From contig CAZEBC010000007.1 of NCBI GenBank assembly GCA_964510165.1, positions 1 through 41,884 of the forward strand: a stretch of DNA of 41,884 bases, read 5' to 3'. Source of the stretch: an uncultured bacterium. Its GTDB lineage: Bacteria; Abyssobacteria; SURF-5. The first letter of the stretch is position 1, and each line of letters begins with the position of its first letter. Shown here piece after piece: positions 16,068-25,706 of this stretch. The notes under the pieces are model-generated. The model was not told the DNA's origin. It saw nothing but the letters and a program-made list of their open reading frames with translations, and made no database searches. A program made the position numbers and the translations under genes.

Positions 16068-17786
16068 ATGGTCGAGACTCTTAAGAAAAGGTTGGGCGAC
16101 ATACTGCTTGAAGAAAGGCTGCTTACTCCGGACCAGCTACAACAGGCGCTCTATGAGCAGAGGCGCACCGGCCAGCCGCTTGTCGCAATTCTGATCGCTT
16201 TCGGGCTCGTGAGCGAAGAAGATATCGTCATTACTCTCAGCGAACAGTTGGGCATTCCGCATCTTCGGGTGGAGAGCTATGAGATTCCGTCCGAAGTTCT
16301 GGCCGAAGTGCCCGAAGGGATCGCGAGACGCTACCATCTGATGCCGGTCGCAAAGACTGGAAAATCACTCACGGTAGCCATGTCCGACCCTCTGAACATC
16401 GTTGCCATCGATGATGTGCGGATGCTTACCGGCTACGAGATAGAGACGGTGGTCAGTCTCGATTCCGAGATAAAGAAGGCAATCGAAAGGTACTATGGAG
16501 GAAAGGACGTCACGGCACTGGAGGATTATGAAGACATTTTGAGGGACGCCCAGGCGGACGTGGAGACGGTTCATGAAGGCAAGGAAGAGATAGATATCTC
16601 CAGCCTCAAGAAAGAAGTCGAGCAGGCGCCTGTGATCCGGCTGGTCAATCTGATTCTCGTAAACGCCGTCCGGCAGGGCGCCAGCGACATACACATTGAG
16701 CCTTATGAGAGGGAACTCCGCGTTCGTTATCGTATAGACGGGGTCCTGCGAGAGGTTCAGTCTCCGCCGAAGGCTCTGCAAGCTGCGGTTGTCTCGCGTC
16801 TGAAGGTTCTCTCCGAGCTTGACATCGCCGAGCGTCGAGTGCCTCAGGATGGGCGTTTCCGGATAAAGTTCGAGGGACGCGAGATAGATTTTCGGGTGTC
16901 CACGCTTCCCACATACTTTGGAGAGAAAGTGGTGCTTCGCATACTCGACAAGGGGGGACTCCATCTGGACCTTGAGAAACTGGGGTTCGAGAAGCAGCCG
17001 ATCGAGGATTTCCAGGACAGTCTGCGCAGGCCCAACGGCATTATTCTCATCACGGGCCCGACGGGAAGCGGAAAGACAACGACGTTGTACTCTGCGCTTC
17101 ACCAGCTCAATACGATGGATGTCAACATAGTGACGGTCGAGGACCCGGTGGAGTATGAGTTGCACGGAATAAACCAGGTGCAGGCGAAGCCCGAGATAGG
17201 TCTGACCTTTGCCTCGGGATTGAGGTCAATCCTGCGGCAGGACCCTGACATAGTCATGGTCGGCGAAATCCGGGACGAGGAAACAGCGGACATAGCGATT
17301 AAGGCCGCTCTCACGGGCCATCTGGTGTTGAGCACGCTTCATACCAACGACGCGCCGGGCGCCATAACGAGGCTCATCGACATGGGAATGGAGCCGTTCC
17401 TGATCGCTTCGTCACTGCTGATGGCGGCCGCTCAACGGCTGGTCAGGAAGATATGCCCCGATTGCCGTCAGTCCTATCGCGTGCCCGACCAGGTCCTGCA
17501 GCGGGCGCAATTCAAAGTTTCCCCGGGCGAGAAGGTGCCGCTCTTCAAGGGTGGCGGCTGCGCGCGTTGCGGGGAGACGGGATATCGAGGAAGGCTTGCG
17601 CTGCTCGAAGTTCTGCGGATTCGCGAGAACATTCAGGACCTGATCATGGCGCAGGCTCCTTCGGGCGAGATAAAGCGCAAGGCCATCGAGAACGGAATGT
17701 TGACGCTGCGGCAAGTCGCGGTGAACAAGGTTAAGGCGGGTCTGACGACTCTTGAGGAAGCACTTCGCGTTACTGCTCCAGACTGA
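16068..17786 (+). CDS. pilB: Type IV pilus extension ATPase
   Basis: N-terminal MshEN (RLGDILL...Q), ASDIHIEP, PQDGRF, GPTGSGKT, EDPVE, LRQDPD, GHLVLSTLHTND and CPDC/CARC Zn motif. Confidence 0.93.
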   Translation: MVETLKKRLGDILLEERLLTPDQLQQALYEQRRTGQPLVAILIAFGLVSEEDIVITLSEQLGIPHLRVESYEIPSEVLAEVPEGIARRYHLMPVAKTGKSLTVAMSDPLNIVAIDDVRMLTGYEIETVVSLDSEIKKAIERYYGGKDVTALEDYEDILRDAQADVETVHEGKEEIDISSLKKEVEQAPVIRLVNLILVNAVRQGASDIHIEPYERELRVRYRIDGVLREVQSPPKALQAAVVSRLKVLSELDIAERRVPQDGRFRIKFEGREIDFRVSTLPTYFGEKVVLRILDKGGLHLDLEKLGFEKQPIEDFQDSLRRPNGIILITGPTGSGKTTTLYSALHQLNTMDVNIVTVEDPVEYELHGINQVQAKPEIGLTFASGLRSILRQDPDIVMVGEIRDEETADIAIKAALTGHLVLSTLHTNDAPGAITRLIDMGMEPFLIASSLLMAAAQRLVRKICPDCRQSYRVPDQVLQRAQFKVSPGEKVPLFKGGGCARCGETGYRGRLALLEVLRIRENIQDLIMAQAPSGEIKRKAIENGMLTLRQVAVNKVKAGLTTLEEALRVTAPD

Positions 17787-17867
17787 TCTGCATCTTCCTT
17801 GCCGAAATTCCACATCGGGACGCTCCTTTCTTTTTCGAATGACACTCAGCGTAGCTGGTTACAAAAT

Positions 17868-17884
17868 TTGGCACAGGAATTGCT
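17868..17884 (+). promoter_or_regulatory. sigma54 promoter upstream of pilT
   Basis: TTGGCAC-AGGAA-TTGCT consensus in the pilB-pilT gap. Confidence 0.8.
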
Positions 17885-18021
17885 CATTTTACCGTAGATT
17901 GCGAAAGTTTCCGTGAAAAACGGACAGTTTTGAAATTTCGCGAGTACAAAACTTGCCGTTAATTGACACTATTGTGCGAACGCTGGCGTGAAGGCCTTGA
18001 GGGGCCAATGGAGAGATCGTC

Positions 18022-19086
18022 ATGATGCAGCTTGAAGAACTTTGTCGGCACATGGTAGAGAACGGAGCTTCCGACCTTCATCTTGCCGTGGGCATCCCCC
18101 CGCAGCTCAGGATCGACGGGGAACTCTATTCGATGGACACGGATGTGCTTACCCCCGAATTGACGAAGTCGCTTGCCTACAGCATTCTGACGGAACAGCA
18201 GATAAAGGAATTCGAGCAAGAGCATGAACTGGACATGTCATTCGGGATCAAGGGATTGAGCCGGTTCCGGGTGAATCTGTTTGTTGATCGCAGCTCGGTA
18301 AGTGCGGCCATTCGAACGATCCCGTACGACGTCATGACCTTTGAGGAACTCGGTCTGCCCAAGTGCGTTCGGGAATTGGCGGAGCGGCCTCAAGGGTTGG
18401 TGCTTGTGTGCGGGCCGACGGGCAGCGGGAAGAGCACCACGCTTGCGGCGCTCATCAACAAGATTAATGTTGAACGTCGCTGTCACGTGGTCACGATAGA
18501 GGACCCGATCGAATATCTGCATCAGCACAAGCAATCCATTGTCAACCAGAGGGAAGTCTATTCAGACACCCACTCTTTCGCTCATGCGCTCAAGCACATC
18601 CTCAGACAAGACCCCGATGTGATAATGATAGGCGAAATGCGGGACCTGGAGACGATCGACGCGGCCATTACCGTTGCGGAGACCGGCCACCTGGTTTTCG
18701 CAACGCTGCACTCAAACGACGCCACCCAGACCATCAATCGTATCGTGGACGTATTTCCGCCCCACCGCCAGACGCAGGTCAGGACTCAGCTTTCGTTCGT
18801 CATAGAAGGAGTAGTGGTTCAGCGGCTGCTGCCGCGCAAGGACATGAACGGCCGGGTGCTCGCGCTTGAGATCATGGTCGCCACCCCTGCGATTCGGAGC
18901 TTGATACGCGAGGAAAAGCTGCACCAGATATACTCCAGCATCAGCACGGGCGGCGCTCTCGGGATGCAGACGATGAACCAGAGCCTCTACAAGCTGTACA
19001 AGAGCGGGCAGATATCGTACGAGCTGGCGCTGGAAAGCAGCTCGAATCAGGAAGACTTGTTGAGACTGATGGGGAAGGGCTTTTGA
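18022..19086 (+). CDS. pilT: Type IV pilus retraction ATPase
   Basis: ASDLHL, GPTGSGKST, EDPIE, LRQDPD, AETGHLVFATLH, AIRSLIRE (AIRNLIRE-like) and GMQT. Confidence 0.96.
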   Translation: MMQLEELCRHMVENGASDLHLAVGIPPQLRIDGELYSMDTDVLTPELTKSLAYSILTEQQIKEFEQEHELDMSFGIKGLSRFRVNLFVDRSSVSAAIRTIPYDVMTFEELGLPKCVRELAERPQGLVLVCGPTGSGKSTTLAALINKINVERRCHVVTIEDPIEYLHQHKQSIVNQREVYSDTHSFAHALKHILRQDPDVIMIGEMRDLETIDAAITVAETGHLVFATLHSNDATQTINRIVDVFPPHRQTQVRTQLSFVIEGVVVQRLLPRKDMNGRVLALEIMVATPAIRSLIREEKLHQIYSSISTGGALGMQTMNQSLYKLYKSGQISYELALESSSNQEDLLRLMGKGF

Positions 19087-19091
19087 GAAAC

Positions 19092-20717
19092 ATGATGAAT
19101 CCCTTCAAAACCGACCAGGAACAGGGCAAGCTGGTGATCAAGCGGTTTGCCCAGGCACGAGCGGCAATCGTTGTGATTGTGGCGCTCGCCTGCAGTGCGG
19201 TCCATTTCAGGAAGGGGATGTCGCTCGACCTCGCCACTGCCTATCTGTACGCGATATTTGCCATCGCGCTGATCGAGTCGCTGGTCGTGGTAATCATAGT
19301 GGCGGGGGGATACGACCCCACGCTTCGGTTCTCGTTTCTCCTGCTCTGCGCCGACCTTGCGCTTATCAGCGCGATTGTGACAATGACGGGAGCGAGCAGG
19401 AGCGTATTTGCTTTCCTATATATCATTGCAATCCTCTCGGCGAGCATCCTTCTTACCTTCAAGTGGACTATTGTCATAACAACCATTTGTTCGATCTTAT
19501 TTGTGGTCGTGACAGTGCTTGAAAACAGCGGGTACGTAAGGGCGGCTTCCGCGTTCCGTTGGACTGAGCCCGCGATGTATCTGAGCGATGTGCTGGCGTA
19601 CTCCGGCATGAAAGTCTTTGCATTCTATCTGACGGCCTTCCTTTCCGGTTGTCTCTCGCGGAGGGTTGGACTGCTGCAGATGTTCCAGCAGAACCTCTTG
19701 GACAACCTTGTCAGCGGGTTCATCACGGTGAATCATGATGGCCGGGTCTCGTTCATGAATCATGCGGCCTCGAATCTGCTGCGGCAATGGGAGAGTCCAG
19801 TCGGCAAACACATCTCGGCGGTGTTTCCGGTGACCGACGCCTACATAAATCCGGTCGAGGAGGCGATATCGAGACGGAAGGAATTCCAGAGCAGACAGAT
19901 CGACGTGATCAGGGGCGACGGCAAGATTATCCCCGTGGGCGTCACGGTCTCGCCGATAAGAAACGGGACGGACAGCCTGATGGGCGCCATTGCGAGCTTC
20001 GTGGACCTGACCGAATACAAGAAGATGGAGGAACGGGTCAGGCGCTCGGACCGACTTGCGGCGGTGGGGGAGATGACTGCGGCCCTCGCACACGAGATAA
20101 GAAACCCGGCGGCCTCGATCAGGGGGTCGGTGCAGGAACTATCCGAGAACCTGAGCTTGGAGGGGACAAACGACCAATTGCTGAGAATAGCGATCAGGGA
20201 GTGCGACAAGCTCAACGGGATAATCTCCGATTTTCTGGCGTTCGTGGGAAACAGGCCTCCGGTCAAGGAACCGTTTGATCTTGACCAGCTTCTGACTGAA
20301 GTGATGCAGGCGGCCGAACAACGCTCGAACAGGAACGACGTTGTGATCCTCAAGGATTGCGCGTCACCTGCGGGGTGTGTCTTGGGCGACCGCGGACAAA
20401 TAAAGGAAGCCGTACTGAATGTCGTGCTGAACAGCGCCGGAGCGGCAAAGACGGGCGGACATGTCAAGATTCAAACGAGCGCAAGCGCTGACTCGCCGGA
20501 TCACATCAGCATTGTCGTTCAGAGCGAAGGCAACGGACTCGCCGGTGCAGACACACGCAGGATGTTCGATCCTTTTTACATGACGAAGCAGCCGGGAGGG
20601 GGCCTCGGCATGGCGATCGCGCACAGGATAGTCGCTTCTCACGGAGGTTCGATGGATGTGGAGAGCGCGCAGGGTATAGGGACAACGGTGACAATAACTC
20701 TACCGAGAGAGGACTGA
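19092..20717 (+). CDS. pilS: PilS-like multi-TM sensor histidine kinase with PAS
   Basis: About 6 TM helices, PAS, RLAAVGEMTAALAHEIRNP and FDPFYMTK..GGGLG; directly upstream of a pilR-like gene. Start between 19083 and 19095. Confidence 0.8.
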   Translation: MMNPFKTDQEQGKLVIKRFAQARAAIVVIVALACSAVHFRKGMSLDLATAYLYAIFAIALIESLVVVIIVAGGYDPTLRFSFLLLCADLALISAIVTMTGASRSVFAFLYIIAILSASILLTFKWTIVITTICSILFVVVTVLENSGYVRAASAFRWTEPAMYLSDVLAYSGMKVFAFYLTAFLSGCLSRRVGLLQMFQQNLLDNLVSGFITVNHDGRVSFMNHAASNLLRQWESPVGKHISAVFPVTDAYINPVEEAISRRKEFQSRQIDVIRGDGKIIPVGVTVSPIRNGTDSLMGAIASFVDLTEYKKMEERVRRSDRLAAVGEMTAALAHEIRNPAASIRGSVQELSENLSLEGTNDQLLRIAIRECDKLNGIISDFLAFVGNRPPVKEPFDLDQLLTEVMQAAEQRSNRNDVVILKDCASPAGCVLGDRGQIKEAVLNVVLNSAGAAKTGGHVKIQTSASADSPDHISIVVQSEGNGLAGADTRRMFDPFYMTKQPGGGLGMAIAHRIVASHGGSMDVESAQGIGTTVTITLPRED

Positions 20718-20726
20718 GAGCGTACG

Positions 20727-22112
20727 ATGGAACGGCATCGCATTCTGATCGTCGAAGATGAACCGAGCATGCGGGAGTTGTTGGCCATAATGCTCGAGAA
20801 ACAGGGGTACGAGGTGGACGGAGTGGAAACCTGTCAGGAAGCCGCCGCCAAGTTGCGAAACGGGCTATGGGACCTGATCATCACCGACCTTTGGCTCCAG
20901 GATGACAGACAGGGCGGCATGCGAGTGCTCAGGGAGGCCCAGGAAGCCGACGGGTTTACGCCGTCCATCGTCATTACGGCTCATAGCTCAGTGGATTCTG
21001 CCGTCGAGGCGATGAAGCTTGGGGCGTACGATTACCTTATCAAGCCATTCAAGAACGACGAGCTCAAGCTGGTGGTGGAGAAGGCGATCGAGAGCAAGAA
21101 ACTCCGGGTCGAAAACCGCACGCTCCGATGCGAACTCAAGAAGATGGGGCGGCTGGATGATCTTGTGGGCAATAGCGCCACCATGCACGCCATGAAGAAT
21201 CTGATTCACAAAGTGGCCTGTCTTTCCAGTACGGTGCTCATACTTGGTGAGAGCGGAACCGGCAAGGAGCTTGTGGCGAAGGCGATCCATAATTGCAGCC
21301 CTCGAAGCGAGAAGCCCTTTGTCGCAATAAACTGCGGAGGCATGCCCGAGAACCTGCTGGAGAGCGAGTTGTTCGGCCATGTAAAGGGCGCGTTCACCGG
21401 CGCTGTCTCCCACAAGGATGGGTTGTTCAAAGTAGCCAACGGCGGCAGCCTATTCCTGGACGAGATCGGCGAGACGAGCATGGCGCTGCAAGTGAAGCTG
21501 CTCCGTGTGCTGGATGAGATGAAGATAAGACCCGTCGGAAGCGCGGCCGATTTTTCCGTTGACGTCCGTCTGATATCGGCGACCAACAAGAACCTTGAGA
21601 CCTTGGTGAACGAGGGAAGATTCCGGGAGGATTTCTATTATCGTCTGAACGTGATTCCCATATACGTGCCTTCGTTAAGGGAACGCCGCGAGGATATCCT
21701 CCTCCTGTCGCGCCATTTTCTCAAGAGATTCTGTGAGCGGGTGGGCAGGCAGATTGCCATCACGCCGGAAGCCGATAAAATGCTGGAGCAATACGCGTGG
21801 CCTGGAAACGTGAGGGAGCTTGAAAACGTCATTGAGAGGGCGGCGGCTTTGTGCAACAACGAGACGATTGCGGTTGAAGACCTGCCCGCCAAACTGTGCA
21901 ACTCTGCGGTCGAAGAGCCCTATGCGTCGGAGTTCAATCCGGATGGCATCGATCTGAACGAGCGTGTCGAGGCGTTCGAGCGTTCACTGATACGACAGGC
22001 AATGAGGAGGTCAGGCAATTCGCAAACGCGGGCGGCCAGGCTGTTGAGGCTTTCGCCACGGTCGCTGAGATACAAGCTTGAGAAATTCAACCTGAAGGGA
22101 AGAGAGAACTAG
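20727..22112 (+). CDS. pilR: PilR-like sigma54-dependent response regulator
   Basis: REC (ILIVEDE, ITD), GESGTGKE, canonical GAFTGA, FLDEIG, WPGNVRELEN and HTH (RSLRYKLEK). Confidence 0.85.
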   Translation: MERHRILIVEDEPSMRELLAIMLEKQGYEVDGVETCQEAAAKLRNGLWDLIITDLWLQDDRQGGMRVLREAQEADGFTPSIVITAHSSVDSAVEAMKLGAYDYLIKPFKNDELKLVVEKAIESKKLRVENRTLRCELKKMGRLDDLVGNSATMHAMKNLIHKVACLSSTVLILGESGTGKELVAKAIHNCSPRSEKPFVAINCGGMPENLLESELFGHVKGAFTGAVSHKDGLFKVANGGSLFLDEIGETSMALQVKLLRVLDEMKIRPVGSAADFSVDVRLISATNKNLETLVNEGRFREDFYYRLNVIPIYVPSLRERREDILLLSRHFLKRFCERVGRQIAITPEADKMLEQYAWPGNVRELENVIERAAALCNNETIAVEDLPAKLCNSAVEEPYASEFNPDGIDLNERVEAFERSLIRQAMRRSGNSQTRAARLLRLSPRSLRYKLEKFNLKGREN

Positions 22113-22139
22113 ACTGAAATAGGACTGGAGGGAACCCCA

Positions 22140-23366
22140 ATGTCAACATTTCAGTACACCGCTCGTGACAAATCGGGCGCCAGCCGTTCCGGTGTGATGG
22201 AGGCCGAAAACAAGCAGGACCTGCTGCAAAAGCTCAGAGGCAAGGGGCTCGTGGCGACAGCCGTTTATGAGGGTGCGGCGCCGGCGGCGTCTCGGGCCAA
22301 GGGCGTCACCGGCACGCGGAAAGGCAAGAAGGTAAAGTCGGAGGAAATGATCCTGTTCACCCGGTCGCTGGCCACGATGGTTAACGCCGGGTTGCCGTTG
22401 CTGCAGGGCATCGACATCATGATCGAACAGACCGAGAATTTGAACTTCAAGCGGGTGCTCACGCAGATCGGGCAGGACATCGAGGCGGGCATGACGTTTT
22501 CGGATGCCTTGAAGAAGCACCCGAGAGTTTTCTCCGATCTGTACTCGAGCATGGTTCGGGCTGGCGAGGCGAGCGGCAATCTGGACGGAATCCTGATACA
22601 GTTGGCCGAGTATCTTGAGGCCACCGAGAAACTGAAGCGCGATATCAAGTCCGCGATGACATATCCGATAATAGCGCTTGTAATCGTGGTCGCCATCGCC
22701 GCCGGGCTGCTTGTGTTCATCGTTCCGAAGTTCCAGGAGATTTTCGAGAGCCTGGGAGGCACACTGCCGGCGCCCACGCTGATGCTCATAAATCTCAGTA
22801 ATTTCGTGCGTAGCTCGATCCTGATCGTGCTCGGGGCCATTTTTGCCGTGGTCGTGGCGTTGCGCTATTACATCAGCACGCCATCGGGCAGATACCAGTT
22901 CGACAGCCTGAGACTCAGATTGCCGGTCTTCGGGCCGCTCTTCCGAAAAGTGGCGGTGTCGCGGTTCGCGCGCACCATGTCCACATTAACCCGAAGCGGA
23001 GTGCCCGTTCTGGGGGCATTGGAGATCGTGGAACGCACTATCGGAAACGAAGTCATCGCGCGGGCCGTGGCTGGTTCCCAATCGAGCATCAAGGCCGGCG
23101 CCACAATAGCCGACCCGCTGGCGCGCAGCGGGGTGTTCCCTCTGATGGTGACGCGGATGATTGACGTGGGCGAGAGGACGGGCTCTCTTGATGAGCTTTT
23201 GACGAAGATATCGGAGTTTTATGACCAACAGGTGGAGGCTGCCATTGCCAGCCTTACATCGCTCATCGAGCCGATGCTCATCCTGTTTCTTGGCGTCGTG
23301 GTCGGCGGGATGGTGCTTGCGTTGTTCCTGCCCATCTTCAAGCTTTCCACGCTGGTAAGCGGCTGA
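22140..23366 (+). CDS. pilC: Type IV pilus platform protein (T2SSF family)
   Basis: FQYTARD, FTRSLATMVNAGLPL, SMVRAGEASG, KSAMTYP, VGERTG, SLIEP and LFLPIF. Confidence 0.95.
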   Translation: MSTFQYTARDKSGASRSGVMEAENKQDLLQKLRGKGLVATAVYEGAAPAASRAKGVTGTRKGKKVKSEEMILFTRSLATMVNAGLPLLQGIDIMIEQTENLNFKRVLTQIGQDIEAGMTFSDALKKHPRVFSDLYSSMVRAGEASGNLDGILIQLAEYLEATEKLKRDIKSAMTYPIIALVIVVAIAAGLLVFIVPKFQEIFESLGGTLPAPTLMLINLSNFVRSSILIVLGAIFAVVVALRYYISTPSGRYQFDSLRLRLPVFGPLFRKVAVSRFARTMSTLTRSGVPVLGALEIVERTIGNEVIARAVAGSQSSIKAGATIADPLARSGVFPLMVTRMIDVGERTGSLDELLTKISEFYDQQVEAAIASLTSLIEPMLILFLGVVVGGMVLALFLPIFKLSTLVSG

Positions 23367-23384
23367 GAAAGGAACCGAATCGAA

Positions 23385-24422
23385 ATGGAGGAGATAAAGG
23401 GCAAGACCATATTCCTGACGGGTGGAGCCGGATTCATCGGGTCCACTCTGGTGCGCCGGCTGTTGGACCAGAACAAGATCGTGGTATATGACAACGGCCA
23501 TCGCAACGCGCTCAAGGACTCGCCTGCGTGGACTCACCCGAACCTGTTTTATATTCACGGCGACGTACTTGATAACGAGAAGGTGGCTTCGGCCATACAG
23601 CGAGCAAAGCCGGAGATGGTCCTGCATCTGGCTGCCATAGCCGGCGTCGACACGGTATTGCGTGTTCCGGCGAGGACGATGAAGATAAACTTTATCGGAA
23701 CCTACAACCTTCTGGAGGCTGTCCTCACGCATGCCCCCAACGTGGAAAGGTTCGTTGATTTTTCAACGAGCGAGGTGTTCGGAACTCACGTGTATCATGC
23801 CGAGGAGATGAGCGCCACCACGCTCGGCACCGTGGGCGAGGCTCGGTGGACGTACGCCGTCAGCAAGCTTGCGGCCGAGCATCTGGTGCACAACTATGGA
23901 AAAGAGAGCGGTCTGCCGACGGTTTCCATCAGGCCGTTCAATGTGTTCGGTCCCGGACAGGTCGGAGTAGGGGCCATCCATACGTTCGTGGTTCGCGCTC
24001 TGAAGGGCCTCCCACTGGAAGTGCACGGCGACGGCAATCAGATTCGGGCGTGGTGTTACATTGACGATATGATCGAGGGCATCATGCTCACTCTGACCAG
24101 AAGCGAGGCCGTTGGCCACGTGTTCAATATTGGGAACCCGAGGGGAACGGTCACGATAAACACTCTTGCCGAAAAGATAAAGGCGCTCTCGGGCTCACAA
24201 TCGGAAATCCGTTACGTGAAGAAGGACTATGTGGATGTGGAGCTTCGGATTCCGAGCATTCAGAAGGCCGCCACTCTCCTGGGGTACGAGCCAAAGGTAG
24301 ACCTGAACGAAGGGCTGACTCGAACCATCGAGTGGTATCGAGAGCAGCTGAGAGCGGGGAAGGAGTCCGGCTTTATCCATGCGCAGAGGCAGGAGATGGA
24401 GCCGGTCGCTCAACACGTTTAA
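23385..24422 (+). CDS. NAD-dependent NDP-sugar epimerase/dehydratase (UDP-glucuronate decarboxylase-like SDR)
   Basis: TGGAGFIG, HLAA, STSEVFG, RWTYAVSK (YxxxK), RPFNVFGP and GDGNQIRAW. Confidence 0.9.
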   Translation: MEEIKGKTIFLTGGAGFIGSTLVRRLLDQNKIVVYDNGHRNALKDSPAWTHPNLFYIHGDVLDNEKVASAIQRAKPEMVLHLAAIAGVDTVLRVPARTMKINFIGTYNLLEAVLTHAPNVERFVDFSTSEVFGTHVYHAEEMSATTLGTVGEARWTYAVSKLAAEHLVHNYGKESGLPTVSIRPFNVFGPGQVGVGAIHTFVVRALKGLPLEVHGDGNQIRAWCYIDDMIEGIMLTLTRSEAVGHVFNIGNPRGTVTINTLAEKIKALSGSQSEIRYVKKDYVDVELRIPSIQKAATLLGYEPKVDLNEGLTRTIEWYREQLRAGKESGFIHAQRQEMEPVAQHV

Positions 24423-24459
24423 CGCACCGCCGGAGGGAGCCGACTCGCTCAGACAGACA

Positions 24460-24969
24460 ATGGCCAAATCGCACGGCAGCGGCACGCCGGACACATCAAA
24501 GCTTGCCCGCCTCGGCACGGACGTCATCTTTGAGGCGGGCGTGCTCATTTTTCACCCGGAAAACATCGAAATAGGCGACAACGTGTATGTCGGCCACTAC
24601 ACCATTCTGAAGGGCTATTACAAGAACAAGATGGTGATAGGGAACGGGACCTGGATCGGACAGCAGTGTTTCTTCCACAGCGCGGGCGGTCTCAGAATTG
24701 GAAGGAACGTCGGTGTTGGTCCCGCTGTCAAGATCATAACCTCGCATCATGAAGGGAAAGAGACGTCGCTACCTATCCTGCACACGCCGCTCGTCTTCGA
24801 GCCGGTGGTGATCGAGGATGACGCCGATATAGGCACGGGCGCGATTATCCTGCCGGGGGTAACGGTGGGCAAGGGGTCGCAGGTGGGCGCCGGAGCGGTT
24901 GTCAGCGCCGATGTGGAGCCTTACACGGTGGTCGGCGGTGTTCCGGCCAGATTGATAAGGAGGAGGTGA
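24460..24969 (+). CDS. Hexapeptide-repeat (left-handed beta-helix) acyltransferase
   Basis: IEIGDNVYVG, IGTGAIILPGVTVG, VGAGAVV and VGGVPARLI. The ATG at 24460 (MAKSHGSG) is preferred. Confidence 0.88.
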   Translation: MAKSHGSGTPDTSKLARLGTDVIFEAGVLIFHPENIEIGDNVYVGHYTILKGYYKNKMVIGNGTWIGQQCFFHSAGGLRIGRNVGVGPAVKIITSHHEGKETSLPILHTPLVFEPVVIEDDADIGTGAIILPGVTVGKGSQVGAGAVVSADVEPYTVVGGVPARLIRRR

Positions 24970-24971
24970 CA

Positions 24972-25706
24972 ATGCAACCTTACTTGTCGGTAGTCGTTCC
25001 CGCCTATAACGAAGAGGCGAACCTGCGCGCGACGGTTGGGCGTGTGTCCGGGAAACTGGACGCACTCGGGACAACATTTGAAATAATCATCGTGAACGAC
25101 GGCAGCACTGATGGAACGAAAGCGATAGCTGAAGAATTGAGCGCGTCCGATGCGCGCATTCGGCTTATCAATCATCCTCGCAATCTGGGGCCGGGAAGCG
25201 GAGTGTTCACCGGCATCGAGTCGAGCAATGGCGAGTTTGTCATCTTCATTCCGGCTGATTTGGCGCTTGACATCGACGACTTGACCAAATACATCGAGAC
25301 GTCAAAAAGCTGCGACCTGGTGGTGGGAATCCGCTCCGACCGGCGCGATTATTCGGTGTTTCGAAAGTTCGTCTCGCTTGTCAACATCGCGCTCATAAAG
25401 ATTCTATTCCAGATGAAAGAGCGGCAATTCAACTATATACACATGTACCGCAGGGCGATGCTGAGCCGCATCGAAATCGAGTCGAGGGGCGTCTTCATAA
25501 CCGCCGAGATCATGATCAAGGCGCGCGATCTGGGCTACCGGCTCAAAGAGGTGGACATACGATATGTCCCCAGGTCGGCCGGGAAGGCGACGTGCGGAAG
25601 CAGGAAGGTGATTCTCAGGACTGTCAAGGACCTGTTCAGGCTATGGTGGAAGCGAACCTTTCGCAGTGCGGTCTATCTGCGGTCCGAGCGAAACGCGGGC
25701 GCCTAA
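24972..25706 (+). CDS. GT2 polyprenol-phosphate glycosyltransferase (DPM1-like)
   Basis: LSVVVPAYNEE, VNDGSTDGT, HPRNLG, PADL and EVDIRYVPR..G; about 245 aa without a TM tail; AGGAGG RBS. Confidence 0.88.
   Translation: MQPYLSVVVPAYNEEANLRATVGRVSGKLDALGTTFEIIIVNDGSTDGTKAIAEELSASDARIRLINHPRNLGPGSGVFTGIESSNGEFVIFIPADLALDIDDLTKYIETSKSCDLVVGIRSDRRDYSVFRKFVSLVNIALIKILFQMKERQFNYIHMYRRAMLSRIEIESRGVFITAEIMIKARDLGYRLKEVDIRYVPRSAGKATCGSRKVILRTVKDLFRLWWKRTFRSAVYLRSERNAGA

Noticed and set aside
17890-18021. c-di-GMP riboswitch in the pilT leader
   Set aside because: A hairpin (TCCGT-GAAAA-ACGGA) is present, but I could not match the GEMM consensus; an Infernal search would be needed.
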